Below are positions 1 to 13,898 of a DNA stretch of 64,000 nt, piece by piece; within the stretch, counting starts at the first letter, position 1; each line of letters opens with the position of its first letter. Origin of the DNA: Priapulus caudatus (Eukaryota); NCBI RefSeq assembly GCF_000485595.1, contig NW_014577086.1, positions 715,438 through 779,437 on the forward strand, given 5' to 3'. The notes under the pieces were generated by a model that searched no databases, had not been told where the DNA came from, and was given only the letters and a program-made list of their open reading frames with translations. Both the position numbers and the translations under genes were made by a program.

Positions 1-464
1 CCGTGTGGTGTCTATCATCGTATGATGTCCATCACCGCGTGGTGTCTATCATCGTATGATGTCCATCACCGTGTGGTGTCTATCATCGTATGATGTCCAT
101 CACCGTGTCATGTCTATCATCGTATGGTGTCCATCACCGTGTCGTGTCTATCATCGTATGATGTCCATCACCGTGTGGTGTCTATCATCGTATGATGTCC
201 ATCACCGTGTCGTGTCTATCATCGTATGATGTCCATCACCGCGTGGTGTCTATCATCGTATGATGTCCATCACCGTGTGGTGTCTATCATCGTATGATTT
301 TCATCACCGTGTCGTGTCTATCATCGTATGATGTCCATCACCGTGTGGTGTCTATCATCGTATGATGTCCATCACCGCGTGGTGTCTATCATCGTATGAT
401 GTTCATCACCGCGTGGTGTCTATCATCGTATGATGTCCATCACCGTGTCGTGTCTATCATCGTA
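1..464. repeat. 34-bp minisatellite, about 13.5 copies, running off the window start
   Basis: Head-to-tail CCGTGTGGTGTCTATCATCGTATGATGTCCATCA units with point variants and no unique spacers. Confidence 0.95.
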
Positions 465-1672
465 GAGTATACATGACATATCGCTAACGTTGTTAGATAG
501 ACGCTAAATGACATTTTAACAATATGAATACCACAGATTAAGTGCCCAACATTATTCTTGTACCGTGCGTTATAAGATCGCGCATATATAACGCAATGCG
601 GTCAAGTAATCAAGGTGTCTGACAAGAAAGGTCTCAAAGAGCATTAGAATACGCCGACGACGTGGGGGGGGGGTCGCTGAACCCCAACCTGAATGAATGG
701 ATCAAACCGACAAGAATAGATCTCACACCGGCAAGTTTTTAGTGGCGAGCTATCAATGCCCCTGAGAAAGCATTACCGACGATGAGTTAGTGGACACCGT
801 TCAAGCATGATGCGCGCATTTATGAACCACTGATAGCGGTGGAGGATGCTTTTGGGTCGAGTACCCCTCCCCATCTTAGGACAAAACACAACCTATTTTT
901 TCTTCAAGGGGAATGTCTGGGGAGTTAGAAAATCATGGTTGTGAATCCAAGATCATTGCACATCACTCCAAGAATCACATTCACATAGGTGCTGATGTCA
1001 ACGCTGAGGGCCGATTTAACGTAACAGTTTTTTTGTCTCTATAGGCGTCAATGTTGATGCTATATGCACATAGGATTAAGGCTTAAAAATGACTTTTGTT
1101 GGATAGAAACGACAAAATGTTGAAATTAAATTCTACACATTTACTTCGGTTTCATCGATAAAGTGGGACAAATACATTGTAATTTCAGAAATATTAGCTT
1201 CATAGTCATAAAGTTGATGTTAATATTTCCCTTGTTTATTCGTGTATTTAACATTATTAACCAAAATGTTAATATCGATGATACTGATAATTATATAGTC
1301 TAAATCTGACATTACCCCCTAATATTTTACCAAAATCCAGAAATCGCAGTAGGCCTACCCCCAAAACATCAAGTACAAATGCGTAGTTATTATCTTGTAT
1401 TTTAAGTGAAATGCTATTGGATTATACCACATAAAGCCACTAGCACACAAACAGACATACAGACATTAATTTTGTGATTTTGTATTTAGTGGTGCTGTAG
1501 TCGGTAGTATATACATGTCATTCTGATGCTGCTCTGCATAAAGTAGAACCATGTTCAGTCACTGTTATCATTACTGTTGCACTGAAGACAAGAGAATTGT
1601 CTGTGTTTGGACAACCATCACCATTACAGGAGAAAAATTCAGTTCACGTCAGCCCCGCTGTCAGGCAGTGAC

Positions 1673-2031
1673 AGGCTGTTCTGCTAGCATCTATGACAAA
1701 TACGACATACGCATATACGCTCTCCTATGACACTATTTGTCATAGGAAGAATCTTCCTATGACAAATACGACATACGCATATACGCTCTCCTATGACACT
1801 ATTTGTCATAGGCAAATTATTCCTATGACAACTATTGTTGTATGTGTTGTGCGCATCATAGGAGTTTATAGGGGCGCTATTATGAACGCAAGCAGTGAAT
1901 TTCAGCTGTAAAGGTGAACGAAGTTGACTCGCCAATACTTGTCATAGGAAGAATCTTCCTATGACAAATAGTGTCATAGGAGAGCGTATATGCGTATGTC
2001 GTAGTTGTCATAGATGCAAGCAGAACATGTT
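1673..2031. mobile_element. Long-TIR MITE built from 66-bp subrepeats, copy 1
   Basis: TGTTCTGCTAGCATCTATGACAAATACGAC... is inverted to ...GTCGTAGTTGTCATAGATGCAAGCAGAACA. The subrepeat starts at 1691 and 1757. A near-identical copy lies at 5540-5896. No clean TSD. Confidence 0.85.
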
Positions 2032-2826
2032 CTGTGAACAGTCCTCATCCGTGCAATACAGATGTGTGAGATCTCGAACCTCTCTTGGAGCCGCTACTTT
2101 TTAGTACATGACGGGCTCGAGTTTGTTATCTCTTAGCTGCCATCCGTGGCCATCAGGTTTCCAAAGAACTGGCTTTGCTGCGTGCACTGCATGTGAACCC
2201 ATATTGCCACCTAGTAATTGGCGCGTTGTTCAAATGCATCATCGGTGGGTGAAACGAGACATGCAGCCTTATCACGTTTGCATGCATAATCGTAGAGTAG
2301 CTGGTCCAGAGAGTCGCGCGATTTGCTCTTTGATCCATACAGCAGGGCTTATGGCAGTAATCCATACAGAGTAGCTGGTCCAGAGAGTCGCACGATTTAG
2401 CTCTTTGATCCATACTTCGTAGCAGTGAGGAGTACCTCGGACACATCACTGGACTGACCCAGCTTAGACAGTGGCTTCAATTATCTGCAAGAGCTTGCTG
2501 TAGGCAGTTCGCTTGCCTATGTTGAGGAGGTTCTATCGCAGCCGCGAAGAGTATGGAATGTTAGTAAGCGCAGTGAAACGTCTAGCCCAATTTTGTCAGT
2601 TATGCTGCTGACAAGAATGATCATCTGGCGATTCGTTTCTTTGCTACAATGACCAGCATTCATGTACACATTGCAGTTGCCGAACTATATGAGCTATATG
2701 AACTCGTGTATGCTGAGGGAATAATTCGTCCGTATTATTATTTTCAAAATGTGTGATTTCACAAAGATTCTTCAACAACTTGAAAAGTAATGAAAATGTA
2801 GTTCTACACGAACAGCGAAATTAGGA

Positions 2827-2934
<108 letters not shown>

Positions 2935-2959
2935 NNNNNNNNNNNNNNNNNNNNNNNNN

Positions 2960-3261
2960 CTTTTGTGTGTGCTCAGGAGTTGTGGAATATGTTTATTGAG
3001 ATTCATGGTGATATTAGTGGTGCATATGTAAAGTAAATGTTGATTCTTTTGTGTGTGCTCAGGAGTTGTGGAATATGTTTATTGAGATTCATGGTGATAT
3101 TAGTGGTGCATATGTGTAGTGTGTGTTGATTCTTTTGTGTGTGCTCAGGAGTTATGTAATATGTTTATTGAGATTCACGCTGATCTTAGTGGTGCATATG
3201 TGTAGTGTGTGTTGATTCTTTTGTGTGTGCTCAGGAGTTATGTAATATGTTTATTGAGATT
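2960..3261. repeat. 86-bp tandem repeat, about 3.5 copies
   Basis: CTTTTGTGTGTGCTCAGGAG recurs at 2960, 3046, 3132 and 3218. Confidence 0.95.
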
Positions 3262-4457
3262 ATTAATGCTACAAAGACTCAAGTTGCAATACAAACTAGA
3301 AACGAGCAGTTGTCGCCAACTACATTAATGCCAAAACGCCGTACTACATTTCACCCCGCCCTAAAAAAGTCGAATGTAATCGGCTTAACCAGTCTCCTGA
3401 CTGGAAGAAACCTTCCATGAAAATTTGTTACGGCAATGTGCCTTGCTGTACTATCATCGTGATATGTTTGCTTGTAACTGTAACCGCTTAAGTATATAAT
3501 TGTATCATACTGTTTCTCATAATCGCCACTGCATAACATCATAACTATTATTAACCCTTAACCGTACAATAGCATACTTATAGTAAACCCGCAACCGTAA
3601 CATTGTCTCATATCGTCATAAATCGTAATTCCGTAAAAAAAATTGCTTGTCTTGCTCTTCGCTTAAAATTACACTGTTCGTTAACACTATACTATAAAAT
3701 TGACAATAATATCCGTATGTCGAACCGTCACCAATCGCGCAAGATAAAATGTGCAATAGCTAAAAAAAAATGGCGTATAATATTCAAAAGTTACGTACAA
3801 ACGTTACAATTCGCGTCCGAAATGTTATCGCTTGTGGGTGATATTTTAACTGCGCGGATCAAAACTTATAAACCGCACACAAAAGTGAAAATTCGCGCAA
3901 AAGGTTATAAATTGTATGTAAAAGTTATATTTGTGGCCTGTGGTCTTCGCGTACTGCCGTACACAACAATAACGTAAGAACCACGTGAGAGGGAAAAAAA
4001 TGAGAGTAAGAAAAGTTTTAGAAAACAGTTTACATGGAAGAACATTTTATATTCTAAATTTAAATGGAAAAATACCCGTTTGTTCATTTCGGTACTACTG
4101 CCATAACCCGTTAGTTTGAGGGGAAAGAGGGGAGAAGTTTGTCCAGCTTAACGACGAAACCACGATAACCTGCAACTAACAATCCACCTAGCAACCCTCC
4201 AAGCAGGCTCCTTCCAACCTACGTGGTTCCGTACTCGGACCCAGGCGGAAGAGTCCCCATGGAGTGACGGCCGTGAAGTCGGTTGTGGCAACGGGGCCAA
4301 CTCCGTCAGACGGGCCTGGAGCATCTGTCGGTGTCATTGTACTCATCGTCTGGATCATATGCTCGTAACCAGATATACTACCTCTCTATCAAATAGCTCT
4401 GCTCGTCTTGAAATAAAAAATACCTTTTTTTCTCACTTCAGAGAAATTAATGCCTGG

Positions 4458-4579
4458 TAGGCGGTGAAACATACCTACATACATACATACATTCATACAT
4501 TCAGATAGGCGGTGAAACATACCTACATACATACATACATTCATACATACATTCATACATTCAGATAGGCTGTGAAACA
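4458..4579. repeat. Short tandem repeat TAGGCGGTGAAACATAC with (TACA)n
   Basis: Three TAGGC(G/T)GTGAAACA motifs separated by CATA runs. Confidence 0.8.
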
Positions 4580-4709
4580 ACTGTGTCGGCTATCATTATT
4601 ATAAATTTGTTTCATGTTTCACAAGTATGAACATCAAAATAACATAACAAACACTTTTGGGAATAAACAGGTAGATGGTGGATGGGCGGGTGGGTGGGTT
4701 GGGTGGGTA

Positions 4710-5040
4710 ACTAACTCGTACCTATTCGTAACAACACGTAAACAGGTCGCAACTAACACGTAAAAGCTTCGATAAATCGTAATATATCCGTAACAATCCG
4801 TAAAAGCTCGTAAAATGCCCGTAAGTTGCTCGTAGTTATCCGTGACAACTCTTAACAAATCGTGGAATTTTGCCGTAAATACATCGTAATAACTCGCAAT
4901 AATCCGTAATAAACCGTAATTAGCTCGTAATAACACGTAAATCGCTCGTAAAAGTGGCCAAATCGTAAGGATCGGTGTACTTTTACGAATTGTGCGATCC
5001 GTAAGGACTCGTAAGAAAAATCCGTGTATGTGAAGGGGGT
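4710..5040. mobile_element. Probable single end of a non-autonomous DNA transposon with CGTAA-rich subterminal repeats
   Basis: Dense (C/T)CGTAA motifs ending in TGTGAAGGGGGT, a TIR-like end resembling that of the 33201-33547 MITE. The other end was not found. Confidence 0.4.
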
Positions 5041-5539
5041 GTAATTATCAAGGTTATGTCGGATGTACACATGATTCACGTAAAACGCCGCAAGCAGATG
5101 ATTACGCCATAACGCAGCGACATTTATCGATCGCTGCGGCTTCTATTAAGATCGTTGTCTTGTTGCGGGAGAGGAGGTGTCCAATAACTCAGCCCTCGTC
5201 ACTTTGTTCCAGGGAAATGGCATGTGTTAACGAGACAACTCGGAAGACAAGTAAATGTATTAACGGACTCGACAATGAATCGTTTATTCTGTCCCAGACG
5301 AAACACGGGGTATGAGGCTACAGATGATGGAAACGAGAGAGTTTGTAAAATATGAGACAGAAGAGAAGAAAGGAAATCTCTATTGAATGATGACCTGTAC
5401 GTAAAGTGTTTGAATGTTGTGACTTTGCCTTGATGTTTACATTGTAGGCAGCCCGAAAGTTGGCATAGGAGTCAGAGTATAGCTAATAAAATATTTCTGA
5501 CAGCAAAAATGTTTCAAAAATCATCCTCCGCTGGATCCT

Positions 5540-5896
5540 AGCCTGTTCTGCTAGCATCTATGACAAATACGACATACGCATATACGCTCTCCTATGACAT
5601 TATTTGTCATATAAAGATTCTTCCGATGACAAATACTGCTGTATGTGTTGTGCGCATCATAGAAGTTTAGGAGCGCTATTATAAACGCAAGCAGTAAATT
5701 TCAGCTGTAAAGCGGAACGAAGTTGACTCGCCAATATTTGTCATAGGAAGAATCATTCTATGACAAATAGTGTCATAGGAGAGCGTATATGCGTATGTCG
5801 TATTTGTCATAGGAAGATTCTTCCTATGACAAATAGTGTCATAGGAGAGCGTATATGCGTATGTCGTATTTGTCATAGATGCAAGCAGAACATGTT
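5540..5896. mobile_element. Long-TIR MITE, copy 2
   Basis: Same TIRs and central core as 1673-2031, but the extra 66-bp unit is in the right arm. Confidence 0.85.
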
Positions 5897-6170
5897 GCAG
5901 ATCCTGCTTTTCGTCACTGTCGCGTAGGGGTATGACGTCGCCTCGTCGTAATCGTAAATACAGAATTCACTCTTGCCCACATCGTCATTTCTGTATGTGC
6001 AGGAAACGATGATCCTTATTGGAGCAGTGTCGATATAAGTATGCAAGGTGCATATAGAAACGAATTTTTTTTATCATTATACTGGTAACAATGCTACTGA
6101 GGAAATCCTACAGGCGAAAAATACGCGTATTACCAAGAAATTGGTACCATTCAAATGGAAGATTACACAA

Positions 6171-6727
6171 GCAGACTTAGACTTAATTCCTCCCACATTG
6201 TTGAGTGCATTGGGCAGCAAGCTTTCGCCATTCTACCCGGTCATGTGCGACGTCTTCCACTCTCGATGAGCAAACGTCCTGGGTTTCCAAATCCTTTTCG
6301 AACGTTCGCCTCCACGTGAGTTTTGGTCGGCCTCTCTTCCTTCTTCTGTCAGGTTGCCATGCAATTGCTATCTTGAGATCACGCTCTGGTGGCATTCTGA
6401 GTACGTGTCCTGCGAATTTCATCCTACGGTTCTCTATGTCTTGACTGAGAAGCATTGTTGCAGTCCTTCGGTAGATTTCTTCGTTTGTGGTGTGATCTCT
6501 GTAGCTAACCGTTAGGATCTTCTTCGGGCAGCGTTGTTGGAATGCGTCCAATTTCTTCTTCATCTTCACGGTCATTTTCCATGTTTCACTGGCATAGAGA
6601 GCTACAGGGAGGACTATGGATCGGAGGAGCTTGACTTTTAGCATCTTGGGTATTCCGCCACTAGATCATATTGGCGGCATTCTTCTGAAAACTGATGCAA
6701 CTTTACCAATTCGGGAGTTGATGTATT
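6171..6727 (-). mobile_element. 5'-truncated RTE-clade LINE (RT C-terminal region), decayed
   Basis: Translation LYASETW...LDAFQQRC..KIL...AGHVLRM...GRPKLTW is typical of RTE ORF C-termini. (TAAGTC)2 3' tail, in-frame TGA at 6666-6668, TSD GATTACACAA at 6161-6170 and 6728-6737. Confidence 0.92.
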
Positions 6728-7479
6728 GATTACACAATACGTGCTCTAAAATATCGCATGATGATATATCGTATAAACGGGCCAACACACGTTTTCACGT
6801 AGCCTACTTTTTTTCGACAACTTGGTATATAACCTCATGACCTGTTTCTCTATAATTTGTATACATGACTTGCATAGAAGGAAACGAAAATATTACGGTT
6901 CGGCGAATCTAAACTCATAACTGTTTCCACCTTCTCTACTATATACCGTCTGTATACTGCTATACTAGTAGGGGACAGGGCGGGGCACCATAGGAGTGGG
7001 GAGACTGCTTTGATCTTGTTATTTTCGACGGTTGCTGTATTTAAATAGTTAAGACTATTATGAAAGATCAGCCGTACCAGTTCTTAACGCTGTGTTTGTC
7101 CTGGCACTCGATATACATTGTGGCCACGTGGTGATGCCGGTTTGTCGGCTGGATCTCAATAAATATGCACAATGCTCTATCAAGAGGTGCAGTATAACCT
7201 TCGCCGACCTTCGTACTCGCATAGCATCAAGCATACACTACTAGTTCAATTTTAATAAACAAACTCTTACTAGTTATCGATTACCGGTTTTCGCATGAGC
7301 TTCAATTTACACGAATTTAGGATGCTATTAGTCGCTAAGCCTTCGTGACATCAAGCATGAAATAAGACGAAAATTTTCGGTGTTTACAATTAATCATCGA
7401 CGGGAGTTACGAGCACAGCATACGCTGGGGATTTAGCACGCTTACATGCGCACTGGCATCTATGCGAGAACAACCTATA

Positions 7480-7672
7480 TGCACACGCACGCGTGCACGC
7501 ACACACGCCCGCACGCGCACGCGCGCTCGCCCACGCGCGCTCGCCTACACGCTCACGAACTATACGCAAATCCCCATATATGAACGACACCCAACGCGCG
7601 CACACGCACACGCACACGCACACGCACACGCACACGCACACGCACACGCGCACGCACACAAACGTACACACA
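7480..7672. repeat. (CACG)/(CACACG)n simple repeat
   Basis: Direct reading. Confidence 0.9.
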
Positions 7673-8545
7673 GAAACTCACGCCATCCTACCCACGCCCA
7701 CCCCTAAAGCTAAAATACGTACCGAGCACCATCTCGATACCCACCGCCCCAACCCCATCTCCTCTTCCATTATCGACACTCTTCCACTGTACTACTAAAA
7801 ATCACTATACACGCCAAACCCTCACACCTCCTACAACTTCAACAAGAAGCCGACATCTCAGCTCCACACCACATTTATCATCGTCACGTTTCCTGTCCAC
7901 CCAAATCGACATCCAGCATCTCCATGCAATCCGTTTTTCTATACGTACAATCTGCGACGACGCATTTTATTCTAGACAAGGTAACAGACGCACATCTCAT
8001 CTCGCGTGTCAAATATTTCTCTGAGCTCCTCAAGCATGGTGAATATCTCAGGAAGTTATTGAGCGAAGAAATCTCTTGTGAATGCTCACATCCGGCGGAA
8101 ATTCACTCACACGTGTCATACGCTGCATGGCCTCTCACAACTTCTTATCGATTATTAAACGGCGCTATACGCTGATGAAGCAACGCGATTACGCGAACGT
8201 AATTATGCTGCGATACTTATTTAGTAGGTGTTAATGAATTTACTCAGCTCATAACATACACGTAACCCTCGACACTGTCGGATAGCCTCTTCATCGATAT
8301 TATATTACGTTGTGATTTCATTTATATGTCCGGTTCATTATGATCATAGCTGTTTACGGTAAAGTGGCACGAGCACGTTCAAGTATCAGCGGCACCGAAG
8401 GAGTGCCGATCATTATATAAAACACTTTTCGCTCTATATATTTTTAACGTAACTACAAGCTCAATGATTTAAGCCGCTATCTGTTTAAGAGATATCCGTT
8501 CACGTTTCTTAAGCTTTAAACGCGGTTTGCGCGGATGTAGGCCTA

Positions 8546-11500
8546 CAGGGGCGGATCAGAGGGGGTGCAGGGGTGCCCCCCCGCCCCCCCCTAAAATTTT
8601 GAGTTGCCCGGGACCTCTTTTCTGAAATTTTTTTCTCCAACTTTTAAAAAATAAGTATAGTTATTAGCAGAAGAAATACTGAAACTCAACGTTGGATCCG
8701 TTTTACGCCGCGCAGACTCCCACTATTCTTTTACGGGGGGAACCGGGGCCGCGGGGGCGGGCCGCCGCCCCGCACTTGTTTTTGGCGGGACAGATCGCCG
8801 CAGGCTCGCGCCACCGTATGATATAGGCATTTGGCTTCATACCGCCACTCGGTACCCCACCCCCCCCACACTCCCTGGGTACACCATGCGCAGGGCGTAC
8901 GCGAGGGGGGCAGCAGGGCGCAAGTTGCGCCAGGCTCGCGAACGTCACGCACACGCGCGCGCTCTGCCGACCCCTAGAGCATCTTTCAGAGCTATGACGC
9001 TTTTAATGGGACAATAACATGTACATTTTAGACTGAAATAGTGTGGCAAAAGGATTCCTAAACTCCATCAATAGAATACTTACCACCTCTTCCACTCCAC
9101 CAACTGCTGAATGCAAACTCTTAGGGCGCAGGGGGGCACTCGGGCGAGCTACTTCTTGCCCCCCTAACGAAATTCCTTTCTGCGTAGGTCTGTTGGAAAC
9201 ATTCGCGTTAAACAGAGAGAATTGCTCCGACTGTGATTGTCTGAGATAAGAAATAGACCCCCCCCGCCCACCCTCTTTCATTTTTGAGGATAATATAGAA
9301 TTCGTCGAGCGTTTATTGTTCTACGGTCTAGCGAAGGTGCCATATTGCTAATTAATTATGACCTAATGCGCGCTTTACATTTAGTCAAAATTCCAGGAGA
9401 TGTAGGCTAGGAATGATGTTATCATAAGCTAGAATTTATAGAAATGTAATCAAATCGTTCGCTCCATATGATAGTTAGTACAGCCTTCCTACACGTACCT
9501 CATAGCCCTCACGCCCGTTGCGGGGAGAGTGAGGCGCAGGGTCTTTTTCATCCTCTTCATTATATCTTGGTTCGTAGCTCTAATCCCCTCCTCTGCTTGT
9601 TAGACGGCCCCCCATGTCTGGACACCATAACCCCCTCCTAATTTGCTCTCCATAATTTCATTCTGAATAGTCTTCGACTGCTCTACTCCTTTGGCATTTT
9701 TTCTTACTTAAAACGCTACTTAGTACGTATCTCATTACTATCTTCTGCTCTGGCAAGCCTCTCCTTGGTCTAATTTGCGTAAAGTAAGCTCCTACTGGCA
9801 CACGGGGCGCTGATACCGCGCGGCGTGGAGCGCGGGCTCCCCCGGGCCGCTCCGGAACCCCCCCCCCCCCCACCTGCCCCGGAGCAAACGCATACTGATT
9901 TCAGATGCGGTCTATGTCAAATTTTTGTAGGGGAGGGCCCACGACCCCCTGCGCAGTGCTCCCCCCCCCCCCCCCCCCCCCCCTCAGCCCCCCCCAAGTC
10001 TTGGGTTACCGGTTCCGGGCACCCCTCTCCTGGTATACTCTCCGTCACGCCCTCGTAGACAGGTATACTCGGAGTTAATGTTGTCAGTAAGCGAATATAT
10101 TCAGTCATTGGAAATTCAAGTTCAGTTCGAAGTTGTTAATAGTACTCTATAAAAGAGGAAAGCATTAAATCTAGGCTTCTACGGACATCACCCCCGAAAC
10201 TCGCCCCCGGAACATTACCCCCCCCCGAACAACTTACGGCCCCCCCGCCCCCCCCCGCACAATTACCCACCCATGACATCTCTCTCAAGCCCCGCCACTC
10301 CATGCCCCACTTCACCCCCCCCCGGACAACTTAACCCCCCCCCCCCCGCCGCCAGCATCTTACCCCCCGGCACAATTAACACCCCCCCCCGGCGGACATT
10401 CAACCTCGGCCACACTCCACCACCCCCCCCCGGCCCATTTCGCCCCCCCCGGACAATCTCCCCCCCCCCGAGACGGAATTTACCCCGGAAATTACCCCCG
10501 GGATATTATACCGCCCCAGAAACCCGACCCACCACATTACCGCCCCCCCCCGCGACATTTACCCCCACCCCCCGCCCCACATCCCCCGGAATCACCCCCC
10601 CCCCCGCGGACATCTTACCCCCCGCGACAATTACCCCGGACTTTCACCCCCCTACGCCCCCGGACATTACCACGACTCCTCTCGCCCCCCATCGCCTTCA
10701 CGCCCTCGAGACAATACACCCCGCGGATCTTTCACCCCACCGGACAGTTACCGCCGACATTTACCCACCGACAATTACCCTCCGCGAACTTTACACCCCG
10801 CGCGCCACTTACCCCCCCCCCCGGGACATCTTAACACCCCCCGCCGCCAGGCCGCCCCCCCGCGACCTGCCAATTACCCCGCCCCCGCGACATTTAACCC
10901 TCACCCCTCCTCGGTGTTTAACTCCTCTACTACTGCTCCTGAACGTCTCGCCTACCGGCAGACCAGGTCAGGAGGAGGAAGAAGGTGGTGGAGGGAGGAG
11001 GGGGAGAAGGTGGGGCAGGCTGGTGGAGGAGGGAGAGAGCGAGAGGAGCGCCAGCCCAGGAGCCGTGGAGGAGGGGAAGCGAGGTGGCCCCAGCGAGCGC
11101 AGGCGGGCGCCGCACCGTGGGCAGAAGTGGTGGAGGACCTGAGCGAGCCCGGGGGTAGACAGGTGGAGGCCCAGGAGCGAGGAGGGGGAGAACCGGTGGA
11201 GGACACGACAGACAAGGAGGAGAGGCGGAACGCAGCGCGGCGCGCCACCCCACGGAGGACGACAGAGCAGGGCCCACGGAGGAGAGAGGTAAATACCGCC
11301 CAGGAAGGAGGAAGGAGGAGGAGGAGGCCCCCAGGCCCCAGGAGGCGAGGAGGACGCATGACGGCCTGGCCCCAGGAGCCACCCGGCCCCCACGAGCCCC
11401 CCCCCCCCCCCCACACGCGCAACCCCCAAAAAGGAAGCACCACGAAGGAGCCCCAGCCCGCGAAGGAGGAGGTGGCCGCCGCCCCGCCCACCCCAACCCC

Positions 11501-13415
11501 CCCCCCGGCCGCCCGACCTAGCCCCGCGGGGACGTCACGCGGGACGGCAGAACATCCCCTCACCTCCTCTCCTCACCCCCCTCATCCCACTCCCCCCGCC
11601 GCCTCCTCCTCCTCCTGCGCCTTCCTCCTCGCCCTCTCCCTCCCGCCACACCCAGTTCCTCCCCCTCCTCTGCCACCCCCCCAACCTCGAGGACCGCATC
11701 CCCCGCCCGGCTAACCCTCTCTCCCCCTCCCCTCCCCTCCTGCCCCCCCCCCCCCTCTCCCTCCCCCTCCCATCCCCCCACCACTCCTCACGCCACGTTT
11801 ATCCTCTCTCCACCTCCTCCCTCTCCTCTCACTCCTTCCCCCTCCTCCCCTCCCCCCCCCCCTCCTTCTCCACTCTTCTCTCCTTCCTCCCTCCTCCTCC
11901 CCAACTCTCCCGCACGTTCTCCTCTTCTCTCCTGCTCCTCCTCCTCCCAGGCTTCCCCTCGCTCCTCCAGCCCCTGGCCCCTCCGCTCAGCTTCTCTCCC
12001 GTGCTCTCCGTCCCACCCTCTCCTCCCTCCCGCCCCTTGCTCGCCCCCTTCTCACGCAGGTTATCCGACCTCCTCCTCTCACGTCCTTTCCTCCGCTCCT
12101 CTCCTCTCTGTCCTCCTCTCCTCCACTCCCTGCCTCCCTCTCTTCCTCCTCTCCTCATCCCCTGCCATCTCCTCCTCTCTTTACCTTCCACCTTCTCCCC
12201 CATGTCCGTTCTTCTCCACTTCTCCCGTCCTCCTCCCCTCCACGCCCCACGTTCTCCCCCCTTCTCCCGTTCCCTGCCTCCCTCCCACCTGCTCTCTCCT
12301 TCCTCCTCCTCCCACCCTCCCTCTCCTCCCTCTCCCTCCTCGCCACCATCTCTCTCCCTTCTCCCCCCCTCCTCCTCCACCCCTTCTTCCTCCCGTCGAC
12401 TCCTGCTGTATCAGCTGTTTCAACAATAATAATGAACAGGAAGTGAGTAAATGTCCGGAGGGTAATTGTCCGGGGTAAATGTCGGGGGTATTGTCCGTGG
12501 GGGTAATATGTCCGGGGGTAAATGTCGGGGAGGTAAATGTCCGGGGTTTGCGTCCGGGGTAATTGTCCGGGGGTAATTGTCGGCGGGGGTAAATAGTGCA
12601 GGGGGTAATTGTCGCGTGGGGTAACATGCGGGGGGTAAATGTGCGGGGGTAATTGTCGCGGGGGGGTAATTGTCCGGGGGTAATTGTCGCAGGGGTGATT
12701 GTCGGCGGGCGGCGTGAATGGATGGGGGGTAGATTGTCGCGGGGAGTAAATGTCCGGGGATAATTGTCGCGGGCGGTAATTGTGCGGGGGGTAATGTGCG
12801 CGGGGGTAAATGCATGGGGTTATATTGTCGCGGTGGGTAATTGTCGCGGGGGTAAATGTCGGGGGCGTATTGTCGGGGTATTGTCCGGGGGGTGATGTGT
12901 CCGGGGGTAAATGTAGGGGGGTAATTGTCCGGGGGTAATTGTCCGGGGGTAATTGTCCGGGTGGTGATTGTCCGGGGGGTATTTGTCCTGACACCATAAA
13001 TTAGTACATGTAATGATTTTAATTTTCTTTTTCGCATTTCTAATTTCATATCGCAGTTTGATTTCATCGGGTACTAGTATTTTGTCGCTTTGATGGCAGT
13101 TAATTTCAAGCAAGTTGATGGTTTTTGTGGCTTTGTGGATTTTGCCTTGTACTGGAATTGTCTGTTTCATTGCTATGATAAGACTTGAAGTACAAAAATT
13201 TCGCCTCATATGCTCTGAAAATGCATAAAAAGGAGCCTGATTTTTAAAAATTTTCTGAAGGAGGCCCCCTCGACCCCCCACCGGTTCCTTCGCACCTGCG
13301 GTTCTCGCGCACGAAGCGGCTGCGCCGCCGCCGCTTCAGTTGCCCCTAACAAAATCTCAAAGTGCCCTTTCCCACCTGCACCCCCCCCCTAGACAAAATC
13401 CTGCATCCGCCCCTG
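8546..13415. mobile_element. About 4.9-kb hAT-like TIR element with a 5-bp TSD, containing a nested foldback
   Basis: Ends are CAGGGGCGGAT and ATCCGCCCCTG. GCCTA flanks both sides (8541-8545, 13416-13420). Confidence 0.75.
10180..12995. mobile_element. Foldback-like element with inverted arrays of a roughly 15-bp GGACA(A/T)TTACCCCC unit
   Basis: C-rich array at about 10180-10900 and its reverse complement at about 12450-12990. The centre is GGA-rich then CCT-rich. Sequence quality looks poor. Confidence 0.7.
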
Positions 13416-13898
13416 GCCTACTTATTACCTTGAATGACGTGCTCCCGATTGTGGTTAGCTAGATTCATGGTTGTTTTCACGCGGTGAGGCAGACGAGGAT
13501 AGACTTGCAAGTGTAACAGGTCTGCTTGCTGCAACAAGGCTCGCTCTGATTAGTGGAAATTGGATCGAATTAGGTCAAGGGTTAATTGCCAAGTAGGCGT
13601 CTAATTACGTGTGCGTAACAGCACGAGTCACCTTCACACGTTTAATTTAGTAATTTGGGGATCGCTGCCTTGTCCATGTATTGTAACTAATACGGTTGTT
13701 GTCTGAAAGGTGATCAGGCATATTATTATCACTAGGCTCTGGGCTCCTTATACGTCTTCTCGTGCCACTAAGGGCAGCCAAATGCACCCGTAATTAAGTG
13801 GTACACGTTGATGTCGAAGAAGCCAATGAAAGCAGTTTCAATTAAGAGACGCCATTTTTGTGTCCGGTTACACGTGCACTAAAGAACGAACCTCTATG

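Noticed and set aside
1..464. 34-bp repeat as a CRISPR array
   Set aside because: Units are contiguous with no unique spacers, there are no cas genes, and the context is eukaryotic.
6003..6047. Small exon reading GNDDPYWSSVDISMQ
   Set aside because: The donor (GTGCAT) is weak and there is no homology support.
10273..13281. Long Pro/Gly/Arg-rich ORFs (extensin- or mucin-like)
   Set aside because: They are translations of noisy C-rich and G-rich repeats, open in several frames on both strands.
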